DNA of 64,000 nt. Source: an uncultured Nitrosomonas sp. (GTDB lineage: Bacteria > Pseudomonadota > Gammaproteobacteria > Burkholderiales > Nitrosomonadaceae). The stretch is from contig CAZYWE010000012.1 in assembly GCA_964651625.1 (NCBI GenBank), positions 1,633 to 65,632 of the forward strand, read 5' to 3'. How positions within the stretch are numbered: position 1 is the stretch's first letter; every line of letters begins with the position of its first letter. Positions 62,184 to 64,000 of the stretch are shown piece by piece. A model generated the notes under the pieces. The model ran no database searches, was not told the DNA's origin, and saw nothing but the letters and a program-made list of their open reading frames with translations. Made by a program: the position numbers and the translations under genes.

Positions 62184-62501
62184 TTATCGATGCCATTGCT
62201 GGTAAAGGTTGTCAGAATCGCCATTCCACCTTTGCTGGGCGGCAGACAGGCTTTCTTCCGCTCTTTGCTGAGCCAGCTGCGCAGCCTGGAGTGCTTTCTC
62301 GGTTTCAGCCACTTTTTCCTGGTAGTAACGCAAGTTATCCTGCTTGATTTGTACTTCTTTCTTTGCATCGCTGAGCCGGTTTTCAGCATCTCTCATCTGT
62401 TCATAAGCCTGATTGGTCTGCCGCTGCAGATTTGACAGATTATCCGCCATCACTGCAGCAGGCGAGATCAGCAATAACAAGACCATAGCAAGAAGTTTCA
62501 T
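62184..62501 (-). CDS. Hypothetical exported coiled-coil protein
   Basis: Signal peptide MKLLAMVLLLLISPAAVMA|D, Gln/Ala-rich helix, GAGG RBS. Confidence 0.75.
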   Translation of the reverse strand: MKLLAMVLLLLISPAAVMADNLSNLQRQTNQAYEQMRDAENRLSDAKKEVQIKQDNLRYYQEKVAETEKALQAAQLAQQRAEESLSAAQQRWNGDSDNLYQQWHR

Positions 62502-62892
62502 CCCTCATTCCCTTGAAAAAGTTGGTGTTTTCCACAAGCCACAAGAGGCTCAACCATTATAGCGGGCATGAATGATAAAGAAAGATTCAGCCATGAGCAT
62601 ATTTTGTGAAATAGTTGATTGATTACCGGACTGCAATAAATGACCAATCAAAAGGTTGTCATACCATTCCCCATAGATGCACAGTAGTCTGGTTTGTGCT
62701 GCAAGTGCAAACTCACATACTTTACGGGGGCATCGCTATTCTGGGGCGAGTATCCTTTCTTTCCAACGAAAATGCATCCAATTCGGATGGGTTTAACAGG
62801 CATGTGTTCTCATCCCGTGGCGGGCTTTCATTAGCTTTTTTATCCTGTCTGTTGCGGATTTTTTCAAATGGATAAATGTGTAGATTGGCAAT

Positions 62893-64000
62893 TCAAGTAT
62901 TGTCGTTGGCAACAGCGAGATTCCAATGTTCTTTAAATTTGCCCACAAGGTATTGCTGGCGCTTGGCCAGGAGCGTGGGCGTCCACTCGCTTTCTGATCT
63001 GACTTTCTGCGTTAGCGTGAAAGGCGATTCGTTGTCCTTCTTGCCCTTGAAGTACGCGTCCTTCTTCTTGGCGAAGTCGTAATTGCTGGCGGACGAGTTC
63101 TTGTTCCTGTCCAGCGGAACCAGATTGGCCAAGCGGTGCGTCCAGCCATCGCGCTCGCCTTCATCCGGGAACCATTGCAGCCAGTCCGAGCCATCGGGTG
63201 GCGTCTGCGGCAGGACGTGTTCCAGTGACAGGTGCGTGAAGGTCTGCTTTTTGCTGCCGTCATTGACCAGTGATTCGAGACGCAGCACCAGCGCCATGCG
63301 CGCCCTTGGCAAATTGCGATAGATATCGCCATCAAGCGCGGCAAGGAACTCGCGCTTTTGTTTGTCCGTGAGGGTCAGAGTTTTCAAGGTAGCCACATGG
63401 CCGTCGAAGGCAGCTGTCTCGATTTCCTTAATGAGCGCGGCGTAGGTGTCGATGCGTTCGTTGATGCCCACCTTGGTAACCAGCAGGAAGTAGGTGAGGC
63501 GTTCCAGCGATGCGAAGAACTCCGCGAGCAGCTTGGGCTGCTGCCGGAAGCGCTTGAAATACACCAGCGCCGGAGGCACCCAGTCCTTGAAGTCCACGCG
63601 GTTGAGCCAGGACAGGTGTTCGTTGATCGTCTCGGCGTGCTCGGTGGCCTCGAAATCAGCATCGCGCACGAAGTCCCATACCTCGGCATAGGGTTTGATG
63701 ACCTTGTCGACGAGGTCGATAGGGGTTTTGTACTCGGTGACGTGCTCCTGGAACTCCTTAACTAGGGTGTACTGCTGCTTCTTCTTGGCGTAGATGGTGC
63801 GAATGTGGCCGAACAGGTCGCCGAAGGCGTCGCGGCCCAGTGCGCTTTCAATGGCGCTCCATTTCTTGGCATAGACGCGGCTCTTATCCTCGCCTTCCGT
63901 GGTGCGGGCGCGGATCAATCCAAGCACCTGCGCCTTGATGATGTCGATGGGCGCGAGGTCGAGCCCCCGGTTGTTGAGCACCGAAAAGATGCGGTAGGCG
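62893..64000 (-). CDS. DUF262-DUF1524 (GmrSD/SspE-like) nuclease, C-terminal part; frame open to window edge
   Basis: AYRIFSVLNNRGL.L end-of-DUF262 motif; SLEHVLPQ...LANLVPL....NSSASN HNH-type motif. Confidence 0.85.
   Translation of the reverse strand, partial: AYRIFSVLNNRGLDLAPIDIIKAQVLGLIRARTTEGEDKSRVYAKKWSAIESALGRDAFGDLFGHIRTIYAKKKQQYTLVKEFQEHVTEYKTPIDLVDKVIKPYAEVWDFVRDADFEATEHAETINEHLSWLNRVDFKDWVPPALVYFKRFRQQPKLLAEFFASLERLTYFLLVTKVGINERIDTYAALIKEIETAAFDGHVATLKTLTLTDKQKREFLAALDGDIYRNLPRARMALVLRLESLVNDGSKKQTFTHLSLEHVLPQTPPDGSDWLQWFPDEGERDGWTHRLANLVPLDRNKNSSASNYDFAKKKDAYFKGKKDNESPFTLTQKVRSESEWTPTLLAKRQQYLVGKFKEHWNLAVANDNT

Noticed and set aside
62502-62892. Possible tRNA, att site or small ORF (62615-62875) at the island border
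   Set aside because: No cloverleaf or direct repeat visible; the ORF has a TTG start and no recognisable features

Overview
Chromosomal segment of a betaproteobacterium, most likely a Nitrosomonas (europaea/eutropha-like) ammonia oxidiser. The main evidence is a close homolog of the HAO-binding protein NE1300 at 46936..47211, recognised from memory. Most of the window is core genes: mutL, rpiA, phoU-ppx, PTS EIIA-HPr-EI, metXW, ampG, prsT, cysM, ydbH-ynbE-ydbL, argD-F-G, fliLMNOPQR, gshAB, rplU-rpmA-obgE-proB, phoR and hfq-hflXKC-hisZ-purA. It also holds a type IV minor-pilin operon and pilA. Accessory spots: (i) divergent pemIK and decaying ccdAB toxin-antitoxin loci separated by a palindromic repeat cluster; (ii) a Y1/HUH transposase and a coiled-coil membrane protein just after pilA; (iii) a GC-rich DUF262-DUF1524 (GmrSD/SspE-like) nuclease running off the right edge. 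The most unusual signal is a family of ~35-bp CGTC-type palindromic repeats. They occur in clusters, ride inside a ~146-bp MITE-like element (2 copies, one with a 7-bp VNTR), and sit in frame in a ~165-codon open extension upstream of the PilX prepilin cleavage site. A 665-aa uncharacterised coiled-coil gene after fliR shares an upstream motif with fliL. No rRNA, tRNA or CRISPR array was seen. All family calls come from motif recognition, with no database search.
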